Shown: positions 46,766-55,827 of the stretch, piece after piece | Layout of the letters: each line of letters begins with the position of its first letter | Position numbering within the stretch: the first letter of the stretch is position 1 | Assembly: GCA_963806175.1 (NCBI GenBank) | Contig: CAWDXA010000005.1 | Span: forward strand, 197,080 to 261,079 | Reading direction: 5' to 3' | DNA length: 64,000 nt | Source: an uncultured Chloroflexia bacterium | GTDB lineage: Bacteria; Chloroflexota; Limnocylindria; Limnocylindrales; CSP1-4 | Program-made: the position numbers and the translations under genes | The notes under the pieces: model-generated | What the model saw: only the letters and a program-made list of their open reading frames with translations | Databases searched by the model: none | Told to the model about the DNA's origin: nothing

Positions 46766-47149
46766 TCACCCCTTGGGTTGGACGACCGCCAGCACGTTGC
46801 GGCTCGGGTCGACGAACCAGGCCGCCCAGGAATGTCCCATGTCGGCGATGCCGTCAACCGTCTCCGGGTCGGGCGGGGTGTACTCCTCGATGCGCACGCC
46901 CCGCGCCCGAAGATCCGCGAGCGCCGCCTGGATGTCCGGGACGCGCCAGGCCATCTGGGTCTGCCTGTCCGCCGTCCCGACGGTGCTGTGGGTGATGACC
47001 AGCTGGGTTCCGGCGCCGCAGCGGAACACGATCCGATCGCCGGCATCCTCGCGCAGGATCTCGAGTCCGAGCGTGTCGTGGTAGAAGGATCGGCTCGCCG
47101 CCAGGTCCGTCGACAGCAGGATCGGGAACACCGGGTGATCACTCAGCAC
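46766..47149 (-). CDS. VOC/glyoxalase-family protein
   Basis: 127-aa ORF with a paired beta-alpha-beta-beta-beta VOC-like pattern (...FYHDTLGLEI...). Confidence 0.7.
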   Translation of the reverse strand: MLSDHPVFPILLSTDLAASRSFYHDTLGLEILREDAGDRIVFRCGAGTQLVITHSTVGTADRQTQMAWRVPDIQAALADLRARGVRIEEYTPPDPETVDGIADMGHSWAAWFVDPSRNVLAVVQPKG

Positions 47150-47253
47150 GCCAAGCCCTCCTTTGCCTTCGGGGTACGTCAGCCAACGGTCAGTCAGCTT
47201 GATCTCGCTCGGATTCCAGGCCCGGCGCTCGCCCCTCGCCGTTCCAAGGCGGC

Positions 47254-48540
47254 CTAGACGTCGAAAACGCGCTGGACCTCTCGGAGCCCTGCGGCCAGGG
47301 CATCGATGTCGTCGCGGGTCGAGTACACGTTGAACGAGGCGCGGGCCGTGGCCGCGAGATCCAGCCGCTCGTGTAACGGCATCGTGCAGTGGTGGCCGGC
47401 TCGAACCGCAACCCCGAAACGGTCCAGGACCTGCGCGACGTCATGCGGGTGGACGTCGGGGAGGTTGAACGGGACGACCCCGCCGCGCAGCGAGGGATCC
47501 ATCGGCCCGTAGAGCGCGATGCCGGGTACCTCGCGGGCCAGGACGTCCAGCGCGTAGGCCACGAGATCGCGCTCGTGCGCGCGGACCGAGTCCATCCCCA
47601 GCTCCATCAGGTACTCGGCGGCGACGCCCATGCCGATCGCATCACCGACGGCCGGCGTGCCCGCCTCGAACTTCCAGGGGATCTCGTTGAAGTCGGACCG
47701 CCGCAGGTGAACCTCGCGGATCATCTCGCCGCCGGACAGGAACGGCGGCATCGCCTCGAGCAGCTCGCGGCGAGCCCAGAGCGCACCGGACCCCATCGGC
47801 GCCAGCATCTTGTGGCCGCTGAATGCGTAGAAGTCGCAGCCGAGCTCCTGGACGTCGACCGGGACGTGCGGCACTGACTGCGCGCCGTCGACGAGCACCA
47901 GGGCCCCGGCGGCGTGGGCCATCTCGGTCATCTGGCGGACGGGGTTGATCGTCCCGAGGGTGTTCGACACGTGCGTGAACGCGACGAGCTTCGGCTTGAG
48001 CCGGAGCAGCACCTCGAACACGTCGAGGCGAAGGATGCCGTCGTCGGTGATCGGGATGAACTCGAGGTCACCGTCCTTCTCCTGGACCAGGATCTGCCAC
48101 GGGACGAGGTTGGCGTGGTGCTCCATCTCGGTCAGGACGATCGCGTCACCCCGGCCGATGTTCCTGCGGCCCCACGAGTAGGCGACGAGGTTGATCGCCT
48201 CGGTCGCGTTGCGGGTGAAGACGATCTCGTGGCTGTCCGGCGCGTTGATGAAGCGCGAAACCCGGGCGCGGGCCTTCTCGTACTCGGCGGTGGCCTTCTC
48301 GCCGATCGTGTAGATCCCGCGGTGGACGTTGGCGTTGTACGAGCGGTAGTAGTCGTCCATCGCCTCGATGACGACCCGCGGCTTTTGCGACGTCGCGGCA
48401 GAGTCGAGATAGACGAAACGGTGCCCGTTGATCTCCTGGTCGAGGATCGGGAAGTCGCGGCGAACGACGTTCGGGTCGAACGCGGGGCGCGTCCCGGCGG
48501 GCGCGGACGCGACCGAGGACTGGGCAGTGACGGCCACCAC
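47254..48540 (-). CDS. sufS: SufS-type cysteine desulfurase
   Basis: PLP-lysine context SGHKMLAPMG and the active-site Cys loop RAGHHC. Confidence 0.9.
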   Translation of the reverse strand: MVAVTAQSSVASAPAGTRPAFDPNVVRRDFPILDQEINGHRFVYLDSAATSQKPRVVIEAMDDYYRSYNANVHRGIYTIGEKATAEYEKARARVSRFINAPDSHEIVFTRNATEAINLVAYSWGRRNIGRGDAIVLTEMEHHANLVPWQILVQEKDGDLEFIPITDDGILRLDVFEVLLRLKPKLVAFTHVSNTLGTINPVRQMTEMAHAAGALVLVDGAQSVPHVPVDVQELGCDFYAFSGHKMLAPMGSGALWARRELLEAMPPFLSGGEMIREVHLRRSDFNEIPWKFEAGTPAVGDAIGMGVAAEYLMELGMDSVRAHERDLVAYALDVLAREVPGIALYGPMDPSLRGGVVPFNLPDVHPHDVAQVLDRFGVAVRAGHHCTMPLHERLDLAATARASFNVYSTRDDIDALAAGLREVQRVFDV

Positions 48541-48552
48541 GGTCGGGCCCGC

Positions 48553-49461
48553 CTAGCGGGCGGCCTCCACCGGTTCGAGATCCGTGCCGGCCGGCTCCTT
48601 GGGCATCAGCAGCGCCTCGTCGGGGACGTCCGGCGACAGGCCGGCCTCGCGCAGGACCGGGCCGTAGCCCTCGTCCTCGAGCCGGAGCGCCAGATCCTTG
48701 CCGCCGCTCTTGACGATCCGGCCCTGGGCCAGCACGTGGACCACGTCCGGGGTGATGTAGTTGAGCAGCCGCTGGTAGTGGGTGATGAGCAGGACCCCGA
48801 GATCTGGGTTGAGCATCGCGTTGACGCCCTCCGCGACGATCCGCAGCGCGTCGATGTCGAGGCCGGAATCGGTCTCGTCGAGGATGGCCATCTCCGGCTC
48901 GAGAACGGCCATCTGGAGCATCTCGAGGCGCTTCTTCTCGCCACCCGAGAACCCCTCGTTGACGTAGCGTGCGGCGATGCCTTCGTCCATCCGGAGCAGC
49001 GCCATCTTCTCGCGCATCTTGTTGCGGAAGTCGCGCATCGAGATCCCGCCACGCATCGGGTCCGTCGGATCGATGTCGGCGCTCTTGTCGACCCCCTGGA
49101 GCTTGGCGTTGAGCGCCGAGCGGATGAAGCTCGCGACGCTCAGGCCGGAGATCGCGATGGGGTACTGGAAGGCCAGGAAGAGGCCCAACCGGGCGCGCTT
49201 GTCGGGCGAGAGCTTCAGGAGGTCGCGACCCTTCCAGATCACCTCGCCGCCGGTGACCTTGTAGGCCGGGTGCCCCATCAGCGCGTAGGCCAGGGTCGTC
49301 TTGCCGGAGCCGTTGGGGCCCATGATCGCGTGGACTTCGCCCTTGCCGACGGTCAGGTTGATCCCCTGGAGGATCTCGGCCTCGGGATGGGCGATCGGCG
49401 CGACGCGCAGGTCGCGGATGACGAGGTGCTGGTCGGGGGTGGCGGTCTTGGTGTCGGTCAC
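48553..49461 (-). CDS. sufC: Fe-S assembly ATPase SufC with C-terminal extension
   Basis: The real part of ORF 48553..49653. GTG 49461 overlaps the Rrf2 stop (GTGA). Walker A GPNGSGKTT, signature FSGGEKKR, D-loop LDETDSGLD. Confidence 0.85.
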   Translation of the reverse strand: MTDTKTATPDQHLVIRDLRVAPIAHPEAEILQGINLTVGKGEVHAIMGPNGSGKTTLAYALMGHPAYKVTGGEVIWKGRDLLKLSPDKRARLGLFLAFQYPIAISGLSVASFIRSALNAKLQGVDKSADIDPTDPMRGGISMRDFRNKMREKMALLRMDEGIAARYVNEGFSGGEKKRLEMLQMAVLEPEMAILDETDSGLDIDALRIVAEGVNAMLNPDLGVLLITHYQRLLNYITPDVVHVLAQGRIVKSGGKDLALRLEDEGYGPVLREAGLSPDVPDEALLMPKEPAGTDLEPVEAAR

Positions 49462-49925
49462 GAGCTGGTCAGGGCTCCTTGCAGGGTGGGTGGCTGGCTG
49501 GCGGGTGGGGCCGTTCGCGGCGGGACGAGGTCCGCGAGCGTCATCGAGTCGAGGGCGCCGGTGACAGCATCGCGCACCCGGACCCAGAGCACATTGACGG
49601 TGCACCGCGCAGACCGATCGCAGCCTCCGTGGGCCGGGTCCTCGCTCGCGCACAGCATCGGGGCGACCGGACCTTCGAGCGCGCGGAGCACCTCGGCCAT
49701 CGTGATCGATTCGGGCGCGTGCGCGAGCTCGTAGCCCCCGTGGGCGCCACGCGTGCTGGTCACCAGACCGGCTTCGCGCAGGCTGATCACGAGCTGTTCC
49801 AGGTAGGCGCGCGGGAGATCCTCTTCGGCGGCGATCTCGGCGAGCGACGCCGGGCCGGCGCCGTAGTGCCGCCCGAGCTGCACCATCAGCCGGACGCCGT
49901 ACTCGCCCTTCGTGCTGAAGGCGAT
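49458..49925 (-). CDS. Rrf2-family (IscR/SufR-like) transcriptional regulator with 3-Cys cluster motif
   Basis: The ORF track starts at ATG 49886 (MVQLGRHYG...). That cuts off the family N-terminus, which is present upstream in frame (IAFSTKGEYGVRL). The only codon at the canonical Met position is ATC 49925-49923. Cys motif CASEDPAHGGCDRSARC. Confidence 0.75.
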   Translation of the reverse strand: MAFSTKGEYGVRLMVQLGRHYGAGPASLAEIAAEEDLPRAYLEQLVISLREAGLVTSTRGAHGGYELAHAPESITMAEVLRALEGPVAPMLCASEDPAHGGCDRSARCTVNVLWVRVRDAVTGALDSMTLADLVPPRTAPPASQPPTLQGALTSS

Positions 49926-49994
49926 GGCGCCGCTGCCATGGAACGGTGGCCGCTGGGCCGGGAGGGTCGTGGCGGTGGAAGTCAGGGAAGCGTC

Positions 49995-50025
49995 CTCAAT
50001 CCCGAGTGAATTCGTCGGGATTGAG
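49995..50025. promoter_or_regulatory. perfect 11-bp inverted repeat, candidate Rrf2 operator
   Basis: CTCAATCCCGA (49995-50005), 9 nt containing GAATTC, TCGGGATTGAG (50015-50025). Lies upstream of the Rrf2-suf operon. Confidence 0.55.
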
Positions 50026-50053
50026 TGTAGAGCCGAGGCGGCGGAGCCGTCAA
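50024..50053 (-). promoter_or_regulatory. candidate suf operon promoter
   Basis: On the minus strand, TTGACG (50053-50048), 18 nt, TACACT (50029-50024). The -10 abuts and overlaps the inverted repeat. Confidence 0.4.
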
Positions 50054-50062
50054 CGACCTGGG

Positions 50063-52396
50063 CTATGCGGCGACGACCCGGTTCCGGCCCGCCCGCTTGG
50101 CCGCGAACAGCGCGGCATCGGCCCGCCCGATCAGCGACACCATCGTCGGGTCGGCTCGGTCGATCTCGGCGCAGCCGGCGCTGACGAAGACATGGAGCGC
50201 CTCGCCGTCGGTGCCGGAGATCGGACGCGTCTCGACCTCCCGGCGGATCTCTTCGGCGATGCGCACGGCGTCGGCGGCGCTCGAGTCCTCCAGGATCGCG
50301 ACGAATTCCTCCCCGCCATACCGTGCGACGAGATCGGCCGAGCGGAGCCGCTCGCGGAGGATCCCCGCGAACAGGCGCAGCGCTGCATCGCCGGCGAGGT
50401 GCCCGTGGCGTCGGTTGAACTCGCCGAAATGGTCGAGATCGAACATGATCGCCGCCAGGTTGCCGTCGACGCCCCGCCGCTTGAACCTGGCAATGGCGAG
50501 ATCGGCCGCGGCGTCGAAGTGCCGGCGGTTGTACAGACCGGTCAGCCCATCGTGGATGGCGAGGGCGGAGACCTCTTCCACGAGGTAGGCGTTGGCCATG
50601 GCCAGCGCCGCCTGCGACCCGACGATGGCCAGCACCTCGCGTTCAGTTTCCGTGAAGCTGGCGTCCGCACCGGCTCGTCCGAGCGAGATGACCCCCAGGA
50701 CCAGGTCCTCGTGGATGAGCGGTACGGCCACGCCCGAGATCGCGTCGTAGGGGACCCGGGAACGCAGGTTCGACGCGTAATCCTGCCGTGAGTGGTGGTC
50801 CATGAACGTCACGACGCGAGCGACGATGGCTCGGCCGGTGTTTCCGTCACCCGGTTGGATCACCACACCGATCGCGTCCTCGGCGAGTCCCCGCACGGCC
50901 CGGACGCGGAACTGTCCGTCGTCGCGATCGAGGGTCGTGATCACGATCGTGTCTGAGGGAACCACCATGCTGACGGCTTCGACCAACGCCGTCGCAAGGC
51001 GCGCCGGATCCAGGATCGCGTTCGCAACGCCGGCGAAGCTGGCCAATGCCGTGAACAACCCGGCACGATTGCGCAGCGCTTCCTGCTGCCTGTGGACCAC
51101 CAGGGACGTCGAGATCCGGTCGGCGACGGCGCCCGCGAGGCGCAGGTCCGCCGTCGTCAGGCCGCCCCGAGTGGCCGACTCGACATTGAGGACGCCGAGC
51201 GTCTCCTGGTCGCCGAGGAGCGGGACGGCGATCTCGGCCATGACCTCCGCGTCGCCCGGGCGGTAGTCGGCGTCGGTTGCCACGTCGGGCACGAGGGCGG
51301 CAAGTCCGGTGCGACAGACACGCCCGATGACGCCACTGTCGCTGGCGATGCGCTCCGGCATGTCGACGTAGCCACGCTGGGCCCCCAGTCGCAGCCCGGC
51401 GCCATCGCACACGTACAGCGAGAGGAACTCGTAGCCCATCCGGTCCTGCAACTCGCCCAGGACGGCGTCGAGGGCGTGCGGCAGCGGTCCCTGCTCGGCG
51501 AGGAGGCGCCCGACCGTCTCGATGCCGCGGACGGCCTCGTCGGCGCGGCGAGCGTCGGTGATGTCGATCCCGGTCGCGATCACGTGGGTGACCTTGCCGG
51601 CCTCATCGGTCAGGCAGGTGTTCTCCCAGCTGATCAACCGCCGTGCGCCCTTGCGCGTCAACCAGTGGTTCTCGTAGGTGTTCGGGAACGCCCCGGCCCG
51701 GAGGTCCGCAACGACCGACTGCACCACCCCGACCTCGTCGGGTGGGAGCACGGCCCAGATCGTTCGTCCGAGCACCTCGTCCGAGCGGTACCCGCTCAGG
51801 CGCTCGGAGGCACCATTGAACCGCACCACGATTCCCTGCGCGTCGAGGACGACCACGAGGGCACCTTCGACGTCGAGGACGGCGTTGATGAAGCGCTCCT
51901 GCTCGGCCAGGTTCCGCTGCGCGTCGATGGTCTCGCTGATGTCACGCGCCACCGACACGCTGCCGACGACCTGGCCCCCGTTCACGATGGGCTGCACGGT
52001 CGACTCGAGCCAGATCTCCCGGCCATCGCGAAGCCGGACAGTGCCGCGCCCACGCCATATCCGCCCAGCTGCCAGCTCCTCGAAGAACACGCGCTCGCCA
52101 TCGGGGTCGGCCATCTGGAATGGCAGCAGTTCGCCGAACGGACGGCCGACAGCCTCGTTCGCCGAGAATCCGAAGAGACGTTCCGCCGACGGGCTCCAAT
52201 ACGTGACCCGGTTCGAGGCATCGGTCGCGAAGATCGCGTCGGAGATGTGATCGAAGACGAGGCGCTCGATCTCCGCGCCGGCCGCGGTCGAGCCGGCCGC
52301 GATCGAGCCCTGCCCGGCCGGACCGACCGGCCGGTCGGCTGCCGGCTTCCCGGGGCGTCCCGGCGTCCTCGCGCGCATCGTGCGTCCGGTCCTCAC
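50063..52396 (-). CDS. PAS-PAS-GAF-GAF-GGDEF diguanylate cyclase
   Basis: C-terminal GGDEF domain with the intact RYGGEEF motif. GTGA overlap with the upstream EAL gene. Confidence 0.9.
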   Translation of the reverse strand: MRTGRTMRARTPGRPGKPAADRPVGPAGQGSIAAGSTAAGAEIERLVFDHISDAIFATDASNRVTYWSPSAERLFGFSANEAVGRPFGELLPFQMADPDGERVFFEELAAGRIWRGRGTVRLRDGREIWLESTVQPIVNGGQVVGSVSVARDISETIDAQRNLAEQERFINAVLDVEGALVVVLDAQGIVVRFNGASERLSGYRSDEVLGRTIWAVLPPDEVGVVQSVVADLRAGAFPNTYENHWLTRKGARRLISWENTCLTDEAGKVTHVIATGIDITDARRADEAVRGIETVGRLLAEQGPLPHALDAVLGELQDRMGYEFLSLYVCDGAGLRLGAQRGYVDMPERIASDSGVIGRVCRTGLAALVPDVATDADYRPGDAEVMAEIAVPLLGDQETLGVLNVESATRGGLTTADLRLAGAVADRISTSLVVHRQQEALRNRAGLFTALASFAGVANAILDPARLATALVEAVSMVVPSDTIVITTLDRDDGQFRVRAVRGLAEDAIGVVIQPGDGNTGRAIVARVVTFMDHHSRQDYASNLRSRVPYDAISGVAVPLIHEDLVLGVISLGRAGADASFTETEREVLAIVGSQAALAMANAYLVEEVSALAIHDGLTGLYNRRHFDAAADLAIARFKRRGVDGNLAAIMFDLDHFGEFNRRHGHLAGDAALRLFAGILRERLRSADLVARYGGEEFVAILEDSSAADAVRIAEEIRREVETRPISGTDGEALHVFVSAGCAEIDRADPTMVSLIGRADAALFAAKRAGRNRVVAA

Positions 52397-55300
52397 CCGG
52401 CCGGGGCCGGGTGACCGAGCAGGTAGCCCTGGGCCAGGGGAACGCCCAACCGCTGAAGCGTGGTCAGCTCGTCCTCGGTCTCGACACCTTCGGCGATCGT
52501 CTGGCTGGCCGATTGATTGGCGAAATGGAGCAGTCCGACGATCAGGGCCTGCCGGGTCAGGTCGGCATCGATCCCACGGACGAGCCCGATGTCGAGCTTC
52601 ACGAAGGCCGGTCGGAGCTCCACGATGTGGCCGAAGTTGGCAAACCCGGACCCCACGTCGTCAACCGCCACGCGGACCGTGGGCCGGATCCGGTTGATCG
52701 CCGCGCGGAGCGCAGCGTAATCGTCGACCGGCACGTGCTCGGTGACTTCGAGCACGATCGGGCGGTCGGCGCGGCGGAGGGCGCCGGCCAGACGACGGTT
52801 GGCCGTCACGAGGCCGGGCGACACATTGAGGCTGAGCCAGGCCCCGGACGGGAGCGCCGTCGCCGCCGAGATCGAGGCCGCCAGCGTCGCCAGCTCCAGC
52901 TCGAGCTCGAGGCCGGAGGCCCGTGCCTCCGCGAACATCCGATCCGGAGCCGTCCCGTCCTGGAAGCGGGTCAGCGCTTCGTACCCGACGTGGGCGCCCG
53001 ACGCCACGTCGACGATGGGCTGGAAGACGGGCCGGAAGGCACCGTCCTTGATCGTCTGCCCGATCCGCTCGCGGATCTTGCCCACTTCGGTGCGCTCCTC
53101 GATCGCCGGGCCGACGAGGGCCCCAGCGAAACCCGCGAACTCGAGCAGGGCGGGAAGCAGCTCGGTCAGTCGATCGACGGCGTCGGAACTCGCCGAGGTC
53201 ACCGTCAGGTACCCGATGACCGACCCGTTGCGACGGACCGGGGCGTGTGCCACCGCCTTGATTCCCAGCTCTCCGAACAATCGGTCATACGGATGCCAGG
53301 GCTTGCGGGTCCAGGCCTCCACCCAGGGCCCCGCGGCGGCACGCTCGAGCACGGCCCGGCTTCGCTGATAGGGCAGCCGGTGCAGGCTGCCCGGACCACC
53401 GTCCGCCCGCACGAACGCCAGGGGCATGACCGGTCCCTCAGAGGTGAAGTAGGCCAGGTTGGCCGTCACCGTCCCCGGCAGGCTGACGAGTTGCCGGCAG
53501 ATTGCCTCGGCCGTGGCTTCGGCGGTCGCGCCGGCCCTGATTTCAGCCAGGGTCCCCGAGATCAGGGCGCGCTCCCGTGCAGTGCGCTCCGCCGCTGCCT
53601 CGGCGGCGCGCTCCCTGGTAACGTCGCGCTTGACGGCGACGAAGCTCGTGATCGCTCCCTCCGCGTCGCGTATCGGCGAGATGACGGCCTCCTCCAGGAA
53701 CAGGCTGCCGTCCTTGCGCCGGTTGGTCATGTCCGATGTGAAGGACTGCCCATTCGTGAGCGCCGCCCACATGGCCGCGTAGAACGCCGGCCCCTGGAGA
53801 CCGCTCTTGAGGATCCGCGGGTTCTGGCCGATGACCTCATCGGCCGTATAGCCGGTGACGCGCTCGAACGCCGGGTTCACGTACTCGATCCGGGCATTGA
53901 CGTCGGCGATGACCACGGCGTCGGCCGATTGCTCGATCGCATGGGCCAGCCGGCGCATCTGCAATTCGGCGCGATGCCGTGCCGTGATGTCGCGAACGGA
54001 CAGGACATACCCGTCGCCGAGCCTGGCGGCGCGGTGCTCCACGATCTGGTCGAGCGGCCCGCCGGCCGCGTCTGGATCCACGTAGTGGATCGGACCGGAC
54101 TCGAACGGCAGGCCCGTCTCGACGACGCGGACGTAGCCGTCGAAGAGCGAGCTCGCCCGGTGGGCCGGGAACAGTTCCAGGACCGTGTGGCCGACCTGTT
54201 GTTCGGGAGCGACTCCGGAGATCTCGCCGACGTTGGCGTTGGCGTATTCGATCCGGAAGTCGACGATCCGGCCGCCTTCGTCTCGAACGCTCGACATGAC
54301 CGTGACGCCCTCGAGCATCGTGTCGAGTGCCGTGCGGAGGTGGGCCTCCGAAGCCCTCAGCGCCAGCGCCGCATCGACCCGTTCGGTGATGTCCCGCATC
54401 ACTCCGACCCAGCCCGTGATGTCGAGATTCGCGTCCCGGATCGGCCTGATGGTGGCCTCCAGGCGACGCACCGTCGCGTCGGGGTTCCGGTGATCGACTT
54501 CGGAAATCCACGGGCGCCCGGCCTGCACCGTGCGAGACAGGTCGGCAAGGTCGCTCGGATCCAGCCCGATGCCCGCCACCTCCGCAGCCGAGCGTCCGAT
54601 CAACCCGGCTGGCTCCTCCCCGACGGTGTCCGCGAACGCCCTGTTCGCATACACGACCCGGAAGTCGGGGTCGGTGATCACGATCCCGTCGCCCGACTGC
54701 TCGGTCGCGGCCACCAGCCGGTCGCGTTCCCGCGCGTGCTCGCGGCGCTCCGTGACATCGCGCGCGACGGTGATGTTGCCGACCTTCGTGCCGTCGGTGT
54801 CCAGGATCGGCGAGATCGACGCCTCGGAGACATGGACGGCCCCGTCGTCGCCGCGGTGCACGAGCTCGCCGCTCCACGGTCCGCCGCCGCTCAGGGTCCG
54901 GCTGACGTCCGCGAGCGTTCCGGGGGTGATCTGGCTCGCCAGCACGCCCAGCGTGTGCTTGATCAGGTCCATCTGCCTGAACCCGCTCAGTCGTTCGAAG
55001 GCCGGGTTCGCGAACTCGAATTCGCCCGACGGGCCGGTGATCAGGACCGCCTCACCCGTCTGGATGAGGGCCTGGGCGAGTCGCCGGTTCTGCGTCTCCA
55101 GGAGCCGCTGGTCCGTGATATCGGCAATCGTCCCGATCATCCGCGCCGGTCGCCCGGACCGATCGAGGTCCAGGGCACCGCGCCCGTGGACCCAGCGCTC
55201 CTGACCGGAGTCCGGACGAACGATTCGATACTGCCGGTCGAAGCGGCCGCGACGACTGACCACATCGTCGGCGAAGTACGCCGCCATCACGTCCCGGTCG

Positions 55301-55629
55301 TCGGGGTGGATGAGCGAGGTCCAGCCCTCGACGGTCCGTTCGTACGAGGCGTCGATCCCGAAGATGGCGTCGAGGCCCTTCGAGCTCACCCAGAGGCCAG
55401 ACCCGATGTCGAGCGTGTACGACCCGATCTGCGCGAGGGACTCGATCGCGTCGAGCTCGTCCCGGGCCGAGACCGCCCGATCGGCCGGATCAACGGGCTG
55501 GACAACCGATCCACGGCCGGCCTTGGATGCGTGGGCACGGGTCGATGCTCGCGGCCCTCCACGTGACAGGGACGGTGACGGGTTGATCGCGCGCCTGCGT
55601 TGACCGCTTGACATGCCGTGGGAGCTCAA
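52393..55629 (-). CDS. multi-PAS sensor protein with C-terminal EAL phosphodiesterase domain
   Basis: 1078-aa ORF with several PAS/PAC units. EAL motifs (...GYEALTRF...EVTEH...DDVGSG...EGVETE...). The start is uncertain. Confidence 0.85.
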   Translation of the reverse strand: MSSHGMSSGQRRRAINPSPSLSRGGPRASTRAHASKAGRGSVVQPVDPADRAVSARDELDAIESLAQIGSYTLDIGSGLWVSSKGLDAIFGIDASYERTVEGWTSLIHPDDRDVMAAYFADDVVSRRGRFDRQYRIVRPDSGQERWVHGRGALDLDRSGRPARMIGTIADITDQRLLETQNRRLAQALIQTGEAVLITGPSGEFEFANPAFERLSGFRQMDLIKHTLGVLASQITPGTLADVSRTLSGGGPWSGELVHRGDDGAVHVSEASISPILDTDGTKVGNITVARDVTERREHARERDRLVAATEQSGDGIVITDPDFRVVYANRAFADTVGEEPAGLIGRSAAEVAGIGLDPSDLADLSRTVQAGRPWISEVDHRNPDATVRRLEATIRPIRDANLDITGWVGVMRDITERVDAALALRASEAHLRTALDTMLEGVTVMSSVRDEGGRIVDFRIEYANANVGEISGVAPEQQVGHTVLELFPAHRASSLFDGYVRVVETGLPFESGPIHYVDPDAAGGPLDQIVEHRAARLGDGYVLSVRDITARHRAELQMRRLAHAIEQSADAVVIADVNARIEYVNPAFERVTGYTADEVIGQNPRILKSGLQGPAFYAAMWAALTNGQSFTSDMTNRRKDGSLFLEEAVISPIRDAEGAITSFVAVKRDVTRERAAEAAAERTARERALISGTLAEIRAGATAEATAEAICRQLVSLPGTVTANLAYFTSEGPVMPLAFVRADGGPGSLHRLPYQRSRAVLERAAAGPWVEAWTRKPWHPYDRLFGELGIKAVAHAPVRRNGSVIGYLTVTSASSDAVDRLTELLPALLEFAGFAGALVGPAIEERTEVGKIRERIGQTIKDGAFRPVFQPIVDVASGAHVGYEALTRFQDGTAPDRMFAEARASGLELELELATLAASISAATALPSGAWLSLNVSPGLVTANRRLAGALRRADRPIVLEVTEHVPVDDYAALRAAINRIRPTVRVAVDDVGSGFANFGHIVELRPAFVKLDIGLVRGIDADLTRQALIVGLLHFANQSASQTIAEGVETEDELTTLQRLGVPLAQGYLLGHPAPAG

Positions 55630-55827
55630 GACCTCTTGTCAGCATCGCCGGCAACCGGGCGGATCGAGTCCGAGGAGGCAGATTCCGTTGCCGTGTCGCA
55701 CCATTAGGCGCCCGCCGCCTCCGTTTTGCAGCAGACCATCGGTACTGGCCCAGGTGACAAAGGTCCGGAAGGCGGCCTGGCATCCACCTCGTCGAGCGCC
55801 CCACGGCGGTCGAGCCGAGGCGTCCCG

